Shown: positions 27,013 to 37,123 of the stretch, piece by piece
How positions within the stretch are numbered: position 1 is the stretch's first letter
Layout: the number at the start of each line of letters is the position of its first letter
Source: a virus
Lineage: Duplodnaviria; Heunggongvirae; Uroviricota; Caudoviricetes
Length of the DNA: 64,000 nt
Virus record (IMG/VR): IMGVR_UViG_3300021431_003088
Direction: 5' to 3' (one strand)
Translations under genes and position numbers: made by a program
The notes under the pieces: generated by a model
What the model was told of the DNA's origin: nothing
The model's input: only the letters and a program-made list of their open reading frames with translations
Database searches by the model: none

Positions 27013-27477
27013 TTATACAACAAATATATCTAGAGGTATTTCGTGATGGCAACTGCTGTCTATTGCATACACTAACGGAAGTAGGTCTTTTCCGAGCGTC
27101 TTTTTTGCTTCTAGAAAGGTTTTTCCGCTCGCTAGGCAATTATCGACAAAGTATAATTGCTTAGCTGGAACAGTTGCATTAGAATACATCTTAACCGCAC
27201 CTGTGCCTTTTTTCTTCTTTTGCAAATACATTGGTTCGTGCGGTATGCAGTATAAGTGGTCCCATACTGTAGCATTTGTCAGTTTTGCAATCTCTTTTGC
27301 CAACAAGAGCGTATAGGTTGATTTTCCCTGGTGGGATGGAGCAGGTACTAATATATCATCTTTGCCAATATTGTTTTTTGCCATTGATTTAGCAGCCATT
27401 TTGATGTATGTCATATCGTTTTTCATTTTATGACAGCAAATATTAGCCCCATCGTAGTATTCCTTTGTAATAATCAT
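27013..27477 (-). CDS. phosphoribosyltransferase (type I PRTase / ComF C-terminal-like) domain protein
   Basis: PRPP-binding-like motif LYFVDNCLASGKTF. Confidence 0.45.
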   Translation of the reverse strand: MIITKEYYDGANICCHKMKNDMTYIKMAAKSMAKNNIGKDDILVPAPSHQGKSTYTLLLAKEIAKLTNATVWDHLYCIPHEPMYLQKKKKGTGAVKMYSNATVPAKQLYFVDNCLASGKTFLEAKKTLGKDLLPLVYAIDSSCHHEIPLDIFVV

Positions 27478-27489
27478 GCTTTACTTCCT

Positions 27490-27948
27490 CTACCACCATT
27501 TGCCAAATACTTTTATAAATTCTTCCTTTGTACCATAATTTTCTAGCCAATAATCTTGGCAAATACGCTTGTACTTTAGTTCAAGTTTTTTATTATAATG
27601 TATGCCTTTGTCAGACATATTGTGATATTCTGCGCTTAATGGAACTAAAAATCCATACTCTTCACTATTTCCTTTGTTAGCTGCACCAAAGATATGATGC
27701 AAATGCACATTGCTACAGGTATTAGTAATATGGCATTTATAAAGGTTTTTAGTGAAGATAGAATATGCGTTAGTCTTGTTGATTTGCTTCTTTGGTTTGT
27801 ACTTATATACTTGTTTTTCGCCTGCCTTGATTTTGCTTGCATAACTATCCCTTAAACTCCTATTTGCTTTAAGTGGCTTATATTCTTTCTCGCCACTCCT
27901 GATTTTATCTGCGTAACTATCACGCAGGGATTTCTTTGCTTTTAACAT
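27490..27948 (-). CDS. hypothetical protein with N-terminal tandem repeat (SLRDSYA.KI..GEK x2)
   Basis: ORF track; DNA tandem repeat at about 27840-27950. Confidence 0.45.
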   Translation of the reverse strand: MLKAKKSLRDSYADKIRSGEKEYKPLKANRSLRDSYASKIKAGEKQVYKYKPKKQINKTNAYSIFTKNLYKCHITNTCSNVHLHHIFGAANKGNSEEYGFLVPLSAEYHNMSDKGIHYNKKLELKYKRICQDYWLENYGTKEEFIKVFGKWW

Positions 27949-28011
27949 AAGTAACCTTTTTCCTCTTCTGTAAGATATTTGGACACATCTACGGTTTTAA
28001 TCGTGGGAGTG

Positions 28012-28413
28012 TCAAGTCTTTGTGTACACATAACAATCCCTCACAACATAGAACGGTCCAGTATAACATCTTATTGCAGCTACATAGTTGTTCTTACCAT
28101 CTTCATCATACACTTTAGGAAGCCGACCAATATCTTTTTCTATCACTTCTCCGTCTTCATTTTTATAAGTTATAATTCCTGCATCGGTTGATTGCACTAC
28201 CGTTTCGTATACATATTCCTGATCTTCAACATTTGGCTTTGCAAATAAAAAAACAATCACAGGAAATACAGCAAATAAACCAGCCAATGCAAATAAAATT
28301 CTTGAAAGTACACACATTGCTTTGCTTTCATAATATTGTAACTGTCCCAATACAATTGAAACAACAAAGAAAACAACTGCCCCTAATAAATAACAAAATA
28401 AATTAACTTTCAT
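28012..28413 (-). CDS. membrane protein (2-3 TM)
   Basis: ORF track. Confidence 0.45.
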   Translation of the reverse strand: MKVNLFCYLLGAVVFFVVSIVLGQLQYYESKAMCVLSRILFALAGLFAVFPVIVFLFAKPNVEDQEYVYETVVQSTDAGIITYKNEDGEVIEKDIGRLPKVYDEDGKNNYVAAIRCYTGPFYVVRDCYVYTKT

Positions 28414-28434
28414 ACTTTTACCTCTAACATCACC

Positions 28435-28623
28435 TTACCACTCTATATCTTTTCCGTTCTCGTCAATAATTGCAACACCACCGCCATTGAATTCGTCAAA
28501 CTCATTCTCATGCTCCTTAGAAAATTTTGATGCAAAATTGATTGCATCTGCTACATCAATAAATGTTGCTAATATTTCCCCGTCTCTTTTGCCTGCAATC
28601 CAAATTACTTCATAATACTTCAT
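28435..28623 (-). CDS. hypothetical small protein
   Basis: ORF track. Confidence 0.4.
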   Translation of the reverse strand: MKYYEVIWIAGKRDGEILATFIDVADAINFASKFSKEHENEFDEFNGGGVAIIDENGKDIEW

Positions 28624-28636
28624 ATTCTTGTGCCTC

Positions 28637-28948
28637 CTATACTGCGTGTGCTACTCCATATTCATTCATTTCATATTCACCATATACTATGTAATCACAA
28701 GGATTATTGTATAGTATAGATTTAATATTATTTCTTCTTATCTTCTCTCCTTCGTAATCGCTACCAATATATGCTGATGTTCCATCTTTATAAATTATCT
28801 CGAACGATTCGTCGGTTGCGTCAAACCATTCATTCTCGAGATTTTCGATGTATTCATCCATATAGTCTAGGACATCTTTTCTTGTGGTTGTAATTGTAAC
28901 TTCTATTGTTACTCCCTCAATATTGTATGTATCTATTCTCTTTATCAT
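28637..28948 (-). CDS. hypothetical protein
   Basis: ORF track. Confidence 0.45.
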   Translation of the reverse strand: MIKRIDTYNIEGVTIEVTITTTRKDVLDYMDEYIENLENEWFDATDESFEIIYKDGTSAYIGSDYEGEKIRRNNIKSILYNNPCDYIVYGEYEMNEYGVAHAV

Positions 28949-29219
28949 ATCTTTGTCCTTTTTTTATTTTTTCTTATGTATTTCCTTGTTGCGTTTTATT
29001 TCCATAAACATAGCAATCTCGTAAAGTGTAAAATGGTCCGAAGTAACATTTTATTCTTGCGACATAATCAGTATCACTATTTTTATCATAGGCTTTAGTC
29101 ATCTTCCTTTTCCTCGCTTTCAATCACTTTGACTTCGTCACCATACATATTGATAAAATCAATAATTTTATCCCAATCTTCATTAGTTAATTCCTCATAA
29201 GGAACAAATTCAATTTTTA

Positions 29220-29519
29220 TCATTCTTCCACCTCCATTATTTTAAGTACGTAGTATTCCTTGTCTGATTCTGCTCCCCATTCTTCTTTACCTGTTTTTAT
29301 GTCAAGAGAACATAGTGTTTCAAATGATGGTGAGTTATTAGAATATCCATTACGAAATAATACCTTGCCTTGCCATTGTGTAGGCAGTCCGTATTGGTCG
29401 AGGAAACCTTCGTGATACAATCTACTCCGATAATATGGTTTAATTTCTCTGTATTCTTCCTTCTTTTCTCCAGATAAAATCATATCGAACCATTTCCTTT
29501 TGATCGGTAAAGTTAGCAT
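29220..29519 (-). CDS. hypothetical protein
   Basis: ORF track. Confidence 0.45.
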   Translation of the reverse strand: MLTLPIKRKWFDMILSGEKKEEYREIKPYYRSRLYHEGFLDQYGLPTQWQGKVLFRNGYSNNSPSFETLCSLDIKTGKEEWGAESDKEYYVLKIMEVEE

Positions 29520-29578
29520 TTTTTTCTGCCTCCTACTTCTAACTCGTGTTTAACATAAGTAATACATCAATCATATGC

Positions 29579-29773
29579 TCATAAATTTTCAGCTTTCTTT
29601 ATATGAGATACTTTGAATGATAGATTATTGATATAAAAATAATTAGGTTTACGATAATCATGCTTTGCAGAAAATTCGTCTGCATATCCGAGTATGCCAG
29701 TTTTTTCATCTCCGTCTTTTAAATAAATACGCACCTTTTTCCCTACAAGTTGCATTAGTTCTGCCTTTTTCAT
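29579..29773 (-). CDS. hypothetical small protein
   Basis: ORF track. Confidence 0.4.
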   Translation of the reverse strand: MKKAELMQLVGKKVRIYLKDGDEKTGILGYADEFSAKHDYRKPNYFYINNLSFKVSHIKKAENL

Positions 29774-29792
29774 CTATTCATTTCCCCTTTCT

Positions 29793-30104
29793 CTACCAAG
29801 AATCCACGAGTAGGTCAAGACATAGATTACCTTCTTTATCAGTAAATTCTTCATATCCTACTGCCTGCATTTCTTTATAGTAACTATCACCATCAAGTGG
29901 TATCACATCACCGTTTTTTACTTTGCAGACTCCACAAAAACCTATCCCAAAACCGTTTATCAAGGTTGTATCGTGAAGCTGGATTACTTTGTATTTGTCA
30001 CTAAATACCGGTGTTTCGTTAAATGGTATTGGTTTATCGAAATATGTGAAGTCTTTATATCTTTTTCTGTCCTTTAGACTGTTAATACAATTAAGAATTT
30101 GCAT
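29793..30104 (-). CDS. hypothetical protein
   Basis: ORF track. Confidence 0.45.
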   Translation of the reverse strand: MQILNCINSLKDRKRYKDFTYFDKPIPFNETPVFSDKYKVIQLHDTTLINGFGIGFCGVCKVKNGDVIPLDGDSYYKEMQAVGYEEFTDKEGNLCLDLLVDSW

Positions 30105-30603
30105 AATGTATTTCTCCTTGACTTTCTTTTTTACTTATTAACAGAAGTCGTCTTTCTGAAGGTTCCATCCTTGCACCGCAATTTGGACAAAATCGTGGTT
30201 GCCAATCAGCATATATATCCGCATCTAAATCCTCATACTTGTCTTTGCCACAACAAGGACATATACTATCGCCATCCACCCAACGTCCTTTTCTTGTCTG
30301 CGGCGTGACAGGTGGCATATCATCAAATGCGTGCCCTAATGCGTAGGCAGAACCACCCGTTGCGGGTTTTCTTTCGCCATCTTCGTAAGATAAACGGTAT
30401 TTATTGCAAATTTCTTTTATCTTGTTTCGGGCTGCCTGTCTGCTGATACAATCCTCACAAAGCTCTTGCTTTAGAGCTTTTAAAATTTCGTCAACTTCCT
30501 CGCAATTATCAATAGGAAGGGATGCCCCAAGCGCTAGAGTAAGGTATCCATCGACTCTTCTCAATGCTTCTTCTCTCGTCATATTTGCTTCGCTCATATT
30601 CAT
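30091..30603 (-). CDS. hypothetical protein with C-terminal zinc ribbon (CPCCG..CPNCG)
   Basis: ORF track. Confidence 0.45.
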   Translation of the reverse strand: MNMSEANMTREEALRRVDGYLTLALGASLPIDNCEEVDEILKALKQELCEDCISRQAARNKIKEICNKYRLSYEDGERKPATGGSAYALGHAFDDMPPVTPQTRKGRWVDGDSICPCCGKDKYEDLDADIYADWQPRFCPNCGARMEPSERRLLLISKKESQGEIHYANS

Positions 30604-30626
30604 TCTCCATTATCTATAAAAGTGAT

Positions 30627-30821
30627 TTATTTTAATTCTCCATCCTTATATTTGCCAACAATAATCTTTATAACTTCAATATTTTTCATTGTTCTAGGAT
30701 CACGATTTGCGGTTGATATAAATGGATTAAATTCGCATGTAACACAAAACCAAGCCAAGGCTTCGGTTGAAGCTAGATGTTTTTCTTTATCGGTTAATTT
30801 ATCAAATTCTTCCTTTTTCAT
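30627..30821 (-). CDS. hypothetical small protein
   Basis: ORF track; minus-strand frame preferred over overlapping plus ORF. Confidence 0.35.
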   Translation of the reverse strand: MKKEEFDKLTDKEKHLASTEALAWFCVTCEFNPFISTANRDPRTMKNIEVIKIIVGKYKDGELK

Positions 30822-30840
30822 ATTTTCCTCGCTTTCCTTG

Positions 30841-31041
30841 TTAAGTTCTGATAAACTTCTGTTCGACCATATACAGTCCTATTCCCCACTCAGGTTCTTT
30901 TAAAAGCTGTTCGTTCAATTCATCACAGCGTTTTTGTGCTTTTCTTTTGGAAGTCCATACCGAGTCAATGTAATATCCTTCATTAATTCCATCGTCTTCT
31001 CTTGCGTCTATAACTATGTATACCATTCTCATATTCTTCAC
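30841..31041 (-). CDS. hypothetical small protein
   Basis: ORF track. Confidence 0.4.
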   Translation of the reverse strand: MKNMRMVYIVIDAREDDGINEGYYIDSVWTSKRKAQKRCDELNEQLLKEPEWGIGLYMVEQKFIRT

Positions 31042-31442
31042 CTCTTGAATGAGCTTATCTTGTTATTTAAAATTCCTAAGTATTCTGCAACACTTTCAAT
31101 GGTGTCAAAATATCCTATCCAGTTTAAGTCCATTAAGGCAAAATTGCGACCATTATAATTTTGAGCAAAAGTTAAATCTTGTTTATCAGCTGCTTCTTTA
31201 ATTTCTTTGTATAAGTCTCTGTTAATATATTTATCAATAACTTCAGTCACGAGTTTAACAGCTGTATCTGTTATCGGTAACTGTTTCACTTCTTCTTTTA
31301 TTTTATCAAGAGCAGAATCCTGTCTTAATACTTCTGCACATACTTGTAATACATCATGTTCAAGCTCGTTCATAATTAGTGGATCGTTTTCAGCCAAATT
31401 TAATTTATGATTAATTAATTCCAACGCTCTTTCCTTTGTCAT
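31038..31442 (-). CDS. hypothetical protein
   Basis: ORF track; 4-nt overlaps with neighbours. Confidence 0.45.
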   Translation of the reverse strand: MTKERALELINHKLNLAENDPLIMNELEHDVLQVCAEVLRQDSALDKIKEEVKQLPITDTAVKLVTEVIDKYINRDLYKEIKEAADKQDLTFAQNYNGRNFALMDLNWIGYFDTIESVAEYLGILNNKISSFKR

Positions 31443-32005
31443 TCTTCACTCTCCATTCTGTGTTTTGTAAGTGAAACAGGCATAAATATTTTTGTACCTT
31501 TCCTTTCTGATTTCACATAGCAAAATGCCAAATCAAATTGAAAAAATCCATATGCTTTCCAATCACACACTTTTTTACCTATTTTCTTTCCGCTATTACA
31601 TTCATATGGGTCTGTAGAGATTCCTTTGCAGTGTGGACAAATAAACTCTTTTCCACACTTCTCTCTCAGTTCATCAACAGTCTCAAACACAAATACATTA
31701 TCACTGTCAATCAATGGTTGGTTGGCATCCTGATAATAATTCATAAACCAATATGTTCTGTCATCTTCCCATGATTTCAATATTTCTTTCCATGAGATAC
31801 CTAATTTTTCTTCATAATGTCTTGCTCTATCAACTACCCATTTGTATTTCTCACAATATTCGCAATTATGACCACAATCACTTTGGTTATCACCATAGAA
31901 TTTTAAATATTCTTTACATCTATCTGTATAATATTCACACCATCTGCCTTTAAAGTCTTTCTTAGTTTCTAAGCCTTTAATTACATCATTTAATAATCTT
32001 TCCAT
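31439..32005 (-). CDS. Cys-rich hypothetical protein (start trimmed to MERLLNDV)
   Basis: RBS AAAGGAGAT before ATG at 32005. Confidence 0.45.
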   Translation of the reverse strand: MERLLNDVIKGLETKKDFKGRWCEYYTDRCKEYLKFYGDNQSDCGHNCEYCEKYKWVVDRARHYEEKLGISWKEILKSWEDDRTYWFMNYYQDANQPLIDSDNVFVFETVDELREKCGKEFICPHCKGISTDPYECNSGKKIGKKVCDWKAYGFFQFDLAFCYVKSERKGTKIFMPVSLTKHRMESEE

Positions 32006-32145
32006 TACTCTATCTCCTTTTCTTTTTCTTGCGTTTTCCTTGCAAGGATATTCCATATTCTTTTGGAGACATATTTTTATATATATCTGTTTTGTCATAG
32101 TTTCTAATCAAATCAGTGTATACATTTATTAGCTCTGAATTACTC

Positions 32146-32529
32146 TTAACCATTACTCTCTCCTTTTTGCATAATCTCTAAAAATTCATCAATAAGGTTT
32201 AAAACTCCATCTATGGCTCTAACCTCTGTTAGAATGTTAATTGTGCGACCATTTTTAGTAGTAAATTTAGCCCATTCTACTAATCTTCTTATGTCGTAAC
32301 TACTGATTTCTCCTATATCAAGTCTTTCCCATCTGTCTAAATGCTTATTAAATCTATGTCCTACTAACCACCAACTGGGTCCGTAACGTCTTTCTAGCGT
32401 TAAAGAATTATATTGATTATATGTTATGCTTACATTTTTAGTTGTGTACCAATCCAAATATGGTTTGGTATAACTAAATTCAAAAGGTTCTTTTACTTCA
32501 CAGGCTTCTTGTATATCTGCTTTATACAT
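32146..32529 (-). CDS. hypothetical protein
   Basis: ORF track. Confidence 0.45.
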   Translation of the reverse strand: MYKADIQEACEVKEPFEFSYTKPYLDWYTTKNVSITYNQYNSLTLERRYGPSWWLVGHRFNKHLDRWERLDIGEISSYDIRRLVEWAKFTTKNGRTINILTEVRAIDGVLNLIDEFLEIMQKGESNG

Positions 32530-32556
32530 TTACCTTCTCCTTTCTGCCTGCTCAAG

Positions 32557-32814
32557 TCATTTTTTATCGCTTGGCAGCATCTCTACAGGAAGCATCTCTA
32601 GGATCGTTCCATACTTCTTCACAAGCTCCATTTCTTTTTCATGGCTTTGTGGTTCCAATACAAACTTATAGTTTTTGCCATTTTCGTCTTTATTGGCAAA
32701 AGTGTACACATACTTTTTAATAAAGGAGTTTGTATTCATCTGTGCCACTTTTTCTTGTACCCCTAAATGCCTGTCTATTCTTGACATATCTTCCACTATG
32801 TTATCGTTTATCAT
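32557..32814 (-). CDS. hypothetical protein
   Basis: ORF track. Confidence 0.4.
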   Translation of the reverse strand: MINDNIVEDMSRIDRHLGVQEKVAQMNTNSFIKKYVYTFANKDENGKNYKFVLEPQSHEKEMELVKKYGTILEMLPVEMLPSDKK

Positions 32815-33161
32815 TTATCTCCCTCGCTTTCCTGTTTAGCATCATTGTAGCCTGCTTCGTACGATCCTCTGACGGGTGGCATTTTAGTTATTTGGGATTT
32901 CATCGCTGAAAATGCTATCTTTGTATCTTTATTATGGCTTTTAGCATCAAATAACCATTTATCCTCAAAGTTGACAATATCAAGCACCGTCTGCCTACTT
33001 ATAGCATCATCAGAAGGTTCTCGTTCTATTAATTCAATTGCTTCTTTAAGTGCTTCAATTTCATTTTCTAACGGTTCATGAGGCATCTCAAATCCCTTAA
33101 GTGTATTTGTGTCTGTCACCAATATAAGATTTAATCTTTTAACTATTTCTTCTCTTGTCAT
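32811..33161 (-). CDS. hypothetical protein
   Basis: ORF track. Confidence 0.45.
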   Translation of the reverse strand: MTREEIVKRLNLILVTDTNTLKGFEMPHEPLENEIEALKEAIELIEREPSDDAISRQTVLDIVNFEDKWLFDAKSHNKDTKIAFSAMKSQITKMPPVRGSYEAGYNDAKQESEGDK

Positions 33162-33488
33162 TTACTTATCCTCACTTTCTATCAACTTATCTAAGATTTC
33201 TAAACAATGCTTATATGAATTTGCTTTTGCTTTTCTTATTTCGGTTGTATAAGGATTAGGGTCTGTAGTTTTTTCATTCCAAAACTTAATCTCGTTTTCT
33301 ATTTCCTCTCTTGCCTCTTTGATTCGGTCTAGTAGGATTGAGTGCTTACGATACCACCAAAATGCTCGTAGTATCGTGTCTTTCGTGTCCTCGCATTTCT
33401 CGAATAGCATATTGTCTATGCACTTTATACGTTCTTCTGCTTTATGTCCCTCGTGTAATGAGGTCATAAGCGGTGTTATTTTACTCAT
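33162..33488 (-). CDS. hypothetical protein
   Basis: ORF track. Confidence 0.45.
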   Translation of the reverse strand: MSKITPLMTSLHEGHKAEERIKCIDNMLFEKCEDTKDTILRAFWWYRKHSILLDRIKEAREEIENEIKFWNEKTTDPNPYTTEIRKAKANSYKHCLEILDKLIESEDK

Positions 33489-33513
33489 TCTTCCACCTCT
33501 TTCTTATTATTCC

Positions 33514-33729
33514 TCACTTTCTTACGTAACATGAACAATATGAATAATCATTATTAGATATAGCGTATCTACATTTGTCTCTATTTTTACAATCCTTACA
33601 AGCGATAATTTTTTCTCGTTTATAAAAATCGCATTTTCCGTCACTTTCATTAATATAATTTTCGTTTCCTAGTGTTTTCCACTCTTCACACACTTCATAA
33701 TGCAGACAATCATTTCTATTACAATCCAT
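33514..33729 (-). CDS. Cys-rich small protein
   Basis: ORF track. Confidence 0.4.
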   Translation of the reverse strand: MDCNRNDCLHYEVCEEWKTLGNENYINESDGKCDFYKREKIIACKDCKNRDKCRYAISNNDYSYCSCYVRK

Positions 33730-33741
33730 ATACTTTCTTCC

Positions 33742-34110
33742 TTATATTGATTTACACATATCTAGTTCTTTTATATTGCTTTCTCTTATTGTTATCATTC
33801 TTGAAGCTGCTTGATATTGTAGTTTTAGTGCTGAGATAAATCTGTCTATAATCTCTTTCTTATCTATTAAGTCATCAATCTTGGCTTTGTTTTTGTTTTC
33901 TTTTCTCTTTTCGTTTCTGATAGAAAACTTAAGAAAAGCATAGACTTCTGAAAGGTACATATAGTTATTCGCTGTTTTGGATAGTATTTTGGAAATTTCA
34001 TTAGCTTCTTCTACTGAGTTGACCTCACTAGGAAGTGAGTTGCTGAAGTTTTCTATAAGAAATTCAAAGAGTTCGCTTGTTGTAGAATTTTCTATTTCTT
34101 TGAAAGTCAT
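33742..34110 (-). CDS. hypothetical protein
   Basis: ORF track. Confidence 0.45.
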   Translation of the reverse strand: MTFKEIENSTTSELFEFLIENFSNSLPSEVNSVEEANEISKILSKTANNYMYLSEVYAFLKFSIRNEKRKENKNKAKIDDLIDKKEIIDRFISALKLQYQAASRMITIRESNIKELDMCKSI

Positions 34111-34132
34111 ATCCCTTTCCTTTCTATATGCT

Positions 34133-34453
34133 TTAGATATTTAATCTTCCAATTTGGAGTGTTAGATTTTCATATTCTTCTCTTGTGATTTCTCCACACA
34201 GATAGCGTTTTCTGTTTTTCTTGTGGGCTTTCTTCGTGTTTATTTTGTTCTTTTGCATCACGAAGGCTTCACTATTAGGGTTTCCTGTAAAATATTTGCA
34301 GTTCTTTTGGATGCACTTATGTTTTTTTAACATAGGTGAAGTAAGATAACCTTTGTGTTGCCAAAATTTACAATAACCACAAGGAGTTTTGTTAATATCG
34401 GCACTCCCAAAGGCTGTTTGGTAACTTTTTTCATTGAATGATATTTCTTGCAT
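34133..34453 (-). CDS. Cys/His-rich hypothetical protein
   Basis: ORF track. Confidence 0.45.
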   Translation of the reverse strand: MQEISFNEKSYQTAFGSADINKTPCGYCKFWQHKGYLTSPMLKKHKCIQKNCKYFTGNPNSEAFVMQKNKINTKKAHKKNRKRYLCGEITREEYENLTLQIGRLNI

Positions 34454-34519
34454 TTTTCATAACTACCTCCTCTTTTTGCTGTGTTAATGTTTATTTACAA
34501 GATAAATATCTTGTAATAC

Positions 34520-34603
34520 GAGGCGAAAAAGATTCGAACTCTCATCTGTACCGAAAAGCGTCTGGCACTTTGGTATTGTTTTTCCGCTTTAAACTACCGC
34601 CTC
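34520..34603 (-). tRNA. tRNA-like element / possible pseudo-tRNA (anticodon arm not foldable)
   Basis: acceptor GAGGCGG/TCGCCTC, D-arm GTTT-AAAGCGGA-AAAC, T-loop TTCGAAT with weak stem; central region lacks a canonical anticodon stem-loop. Confidence 0.3.
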
Positions 34604-34629
34604 ATTGCTCGCAAACAAGCGAGCGTTAA

Positions 34630-34836
34630 TTATTCGTCCTCTTCTTCGTCGTCTTTAGCTTTCTTACTATTCATTCTTAAGAGAACAATTCCTAGTATTG
34701 CTACCGCTATTCCTGCTACAAGAAATACATATATTCCCGTTGATACAGCTGTAGCTTTTACCATTGTGAATATGCAAAATCCACTAATTACAAGACCAAG
34801 AATGATTGATAATACTGAAAAAAACTTACTTCCCAT
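34630..34836 (-). CDS. small membrane protein with acidic C-terminus
   Basis: ORF track. Confidence 0.45.
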   Translation of the reverse strand: MGSKFFSVLSIILGLVISGFCIFTMVKATAVSTGIYVFLVAGIAVAILGIVLLRMNSKKAKDDEEEDE

Positions 34837-34935
34837 AATTTTTCTCCTTTCTGTTTACTAGTGCAATAAATGTTTTCAAATGCAAACCTACATATATATT
34901 ATATCCATTTCATTGAAATATACATACGTTTTTAT

Positions 34936-35772
34936 TTATTTTCTTAATAAAATTGCATTTTCTTCAATACAATTTACAGGCTCTGCGATAACTACCTTAA
35001 AACCTATTCTTTCTGCGGTATCTATTAGCCAAGATGGCTTTACAAGGTACTCTTCTCTTCTTTCATAAACCCAATAGCCAGCTTCATTTTCTTCTTTCAT
35101 AGAGGTTTGCGCCATATCTTTTGCTGTTTTTATACTCTGCTCTTCAAGACCTTTTAGCGTAGTCCAAAATGTCGAAGAATATCCTTCCGTTGCTCTTAAA
35201 TTCCATAGTTTTTCTATGTCCTTATCATTACTTAGGCTTTTAAGATGCTCTGGTAAAAAGGTTTCTGTTATTAGCAAGTAAGAGCCTTCTTTCATGTTTT
35301 TGTAGCAAGTTTTTAAGAATTTTTCTTTATTATCGAGTGGTTCAACTATGTGATGAAATGAGTAGAGCATAAAAATTAGTTCGTAATCTCTCAGGGACCT
35401 TTTCACATAGCTCTCCATATCTGCAGCTTTAAATGATACATTGATGATTTTTTGAGCATCTTCACTTGCTTTTAATACTATGTCTTCTCTCTTCTCTATC
35501 CCTTCAAAATATACATTAGAAAAAGTCTTTGAGAGTTTTATAGAAGTTGTGCCTAGTGCCGAACCTAACTCTAGCACTCTTTTGGGTTTAACAAAGCCTA
35601 CGATTTTACCTACTACATTTTGTAGGTTATTGTAGTATGATGTCATTCCTAAGTAACTAGTGAAAAACTCTTCATTATTATATAAACTTGGTGTGTTATC
35701 GTAATTCATAGATTCCTCCTTTAATATATATATAAGTGTAGTGCGAAGTTTGGAAAGTATTATTTGCGGCAT
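34936..35772 (-). CDS. class I SAM-dependent methyltransferase
   Basis: motif I VLELGSALGTTS. Confidence 0.55.
   Translation of the reverse strand: MPQIILSKLRTTLIYILKEESMNYDNTPSLYNNEEFFTSYLGMTSYYNNLQNVVGKIVGFVKPKRVLELGSALGTTSIKLSKTFSNVYFEGIEKREDIVLKASEDAQKIINVSFKAADMESYVKRSLRDYELIFMLYSFHHIVEPLDNKEKFLKTCYKNMKEGSYLLITETFLPEHLKSLSNDKDIEKLWNLRATEGYSSTFWTTLKGLEEQSIKTAKDMAQTSMKEENEAGYWVYERREEYLVKPSWLIDTAERIGFKVVIAEPVNCIEENAILLRK
35725..35750 (-). promoter_or_regulatory. conserved phage promoter motif, extended subclass
   Basis: tatataagtgtagtgcgaagtt. Confidence 0.45.
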
Positions 35773-35879
35773 AGATAGGCACTTCCCTCTCCCTTTTTTT
35801 ATAGGCTTTCTGGTAGTTTTTTTAACTTATTTACGCCACTTGCCACATACCCAATAAAAAAAATAGCTCCTTATAAAAC

Positions 35880-36356
35880 TTATTTAGTCGCCTCTAAAAA
35901 TATTGCTTCTCCAAAATTTCGAGACATAATACTAATTGCCTGTTCTAAATACTTATCTCCTCCCGAAGAATAGATATAATCCTTTAAGATGTGAAAATTA
36001 ATATCGTTATTCCAAAGCGAGAAGCAAGTGCTTAACACACAGGCATCTGCATCTGCACCCATAACATCTATATTTTTATTAGACAAAAGCTCTTTAATTG
36101 TGCCACTTCTTATGTCGTAGTGGGCGTTCTTTTCTATGATGTAATCAGCCTTAAAGTCTAGTTCTTCTGCTTTTTCACAATCCTTGTATCCAAGTTTTCT
36201 CACGAAAATAGAATCGGGGTTGTTTACGAACCTAGTGGCTATTATTTTTGAGTAATTATCTCTGTTTTTCTCTATAAAATTTAGTAGTTTGGTATAATAT
36301 GGTTCTACCTTGAATGTTGGTTGTAAATCCACTACTAACAATGTTTTTTCTGGCAT
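35880..36356 (-). CDS. isochorismatase-family hydrolase (nicotinamidase PncA-like); start trimmed to MPEKTLLVVDLQ
   Basis: LLVVDLQPTF N-terminal motif and GADADACV catalytic-Cys region; RBS AAGGAGAA before ATG at 36356. Confidence 0.5.
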   Translation of the reverse strand: MPEKTLLVVDLQPTFKVEPYYTKLLNFIEKNRDNYSKIIATRFVNNPDSIFVRKLGYKDCEKAEELDFKADYIIEKNAHYDIRSGTIKELLSNKNIDVMGADADACVLSTCFSLWNNDINFHILKDYIYSSGGDKYLEQAISIMSRNFGEAIFLEATK

Positions 36357-36393
36357 ATTATTTTCTCCTTTGTTTCTCTTGCTTATTTTCTTA

Positions 36394-36876
36394 TCAAACC
36401 AGAAAATCGTTTTCGTTATAGGTAACGCATTCGGCGTATTCGGATATTTCTTCAAATTGCTTATAATGCTTGGCCAGTATTTTTCTGCCCTCATTAAGCG
36501 GTATAAATTCCACGATATTGATTTTATATAAGAGTAGTGCTGCTTTTATAAAACATATTTGTTTATCGCAATTTTCATAGTAATTTTTGTTAAAATACAC
36601 CGTGTTAAAATAATTATCCTTATTGGTTAACTTTATATTATAGTTTGAATCATTAAGGTCTACGTCTTTGGATGAAATAGCAAGAAAGACTATATGTGGT
36701 TCATATAACTTATTGTTATATTTTATTAAATCTTTTTTAGAATCATATCTAGCTAAGAACATAAAACCGTATGTATCCTGGCCATATATAATTTTGTTAT
36801 CTGACCTACATATTGGAATTTCTGAAAAGGGCTTACTGCTTTTCTCTTTTAAATTCCAACTTTTTATTTCTTTCAT
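36394..36876 (-). CDS. hypothetical protein
   Basis: ORF track. Confidence 0.45.
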   Translation of the reverse strand: MKEIKSWNLKEKSSKPFSEIPICRSDNKIIYGQDTYGFMFLARYDSKKDLIKYNNKLYEPHIVFLAISSKDVDLNDSNYNIKLTNKDNYFNTVYFNKNYYENCDKQICFIKAALLLYKINIVEFIPLNEGRKILAKHYKQFEEISEYAECVTYNENDFLV

Positions 36877-36886
36877 AAAGCCCCCT

Positions 36887-37123
36887 TTAACTATTTATCA
36901 TCAAAACTGTTAATATTCCCAGCACCAATACCAAAACAACAAAAGTTGATGTAAACGCTAACACAGAATATGGCTTGTACTTATCTCTAAAAAGCGACTC
37001 TCTATTAGCTTTTTGGTAATTATCAATATCTGGTATATCTTCATCTAATATTTTATCTATGTCCTCATTGAGTTGTTTTCCCTCTTCTTCCACAGCTTTT
37101 CTTACGTTATCTTCGTATGTCAT
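36887..37123 (-). CDS. small protein with C-terminal TM
   Basis: ORF track. Confidence 0.4.
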   Translation of the reverse strand: MTYEDNVRKAVEEEGKQLNEDIDKILDEDIPDIDNYQKANRESLFRDKYKPYSVLAFTSTFVVLVLVLGILTVLMINS

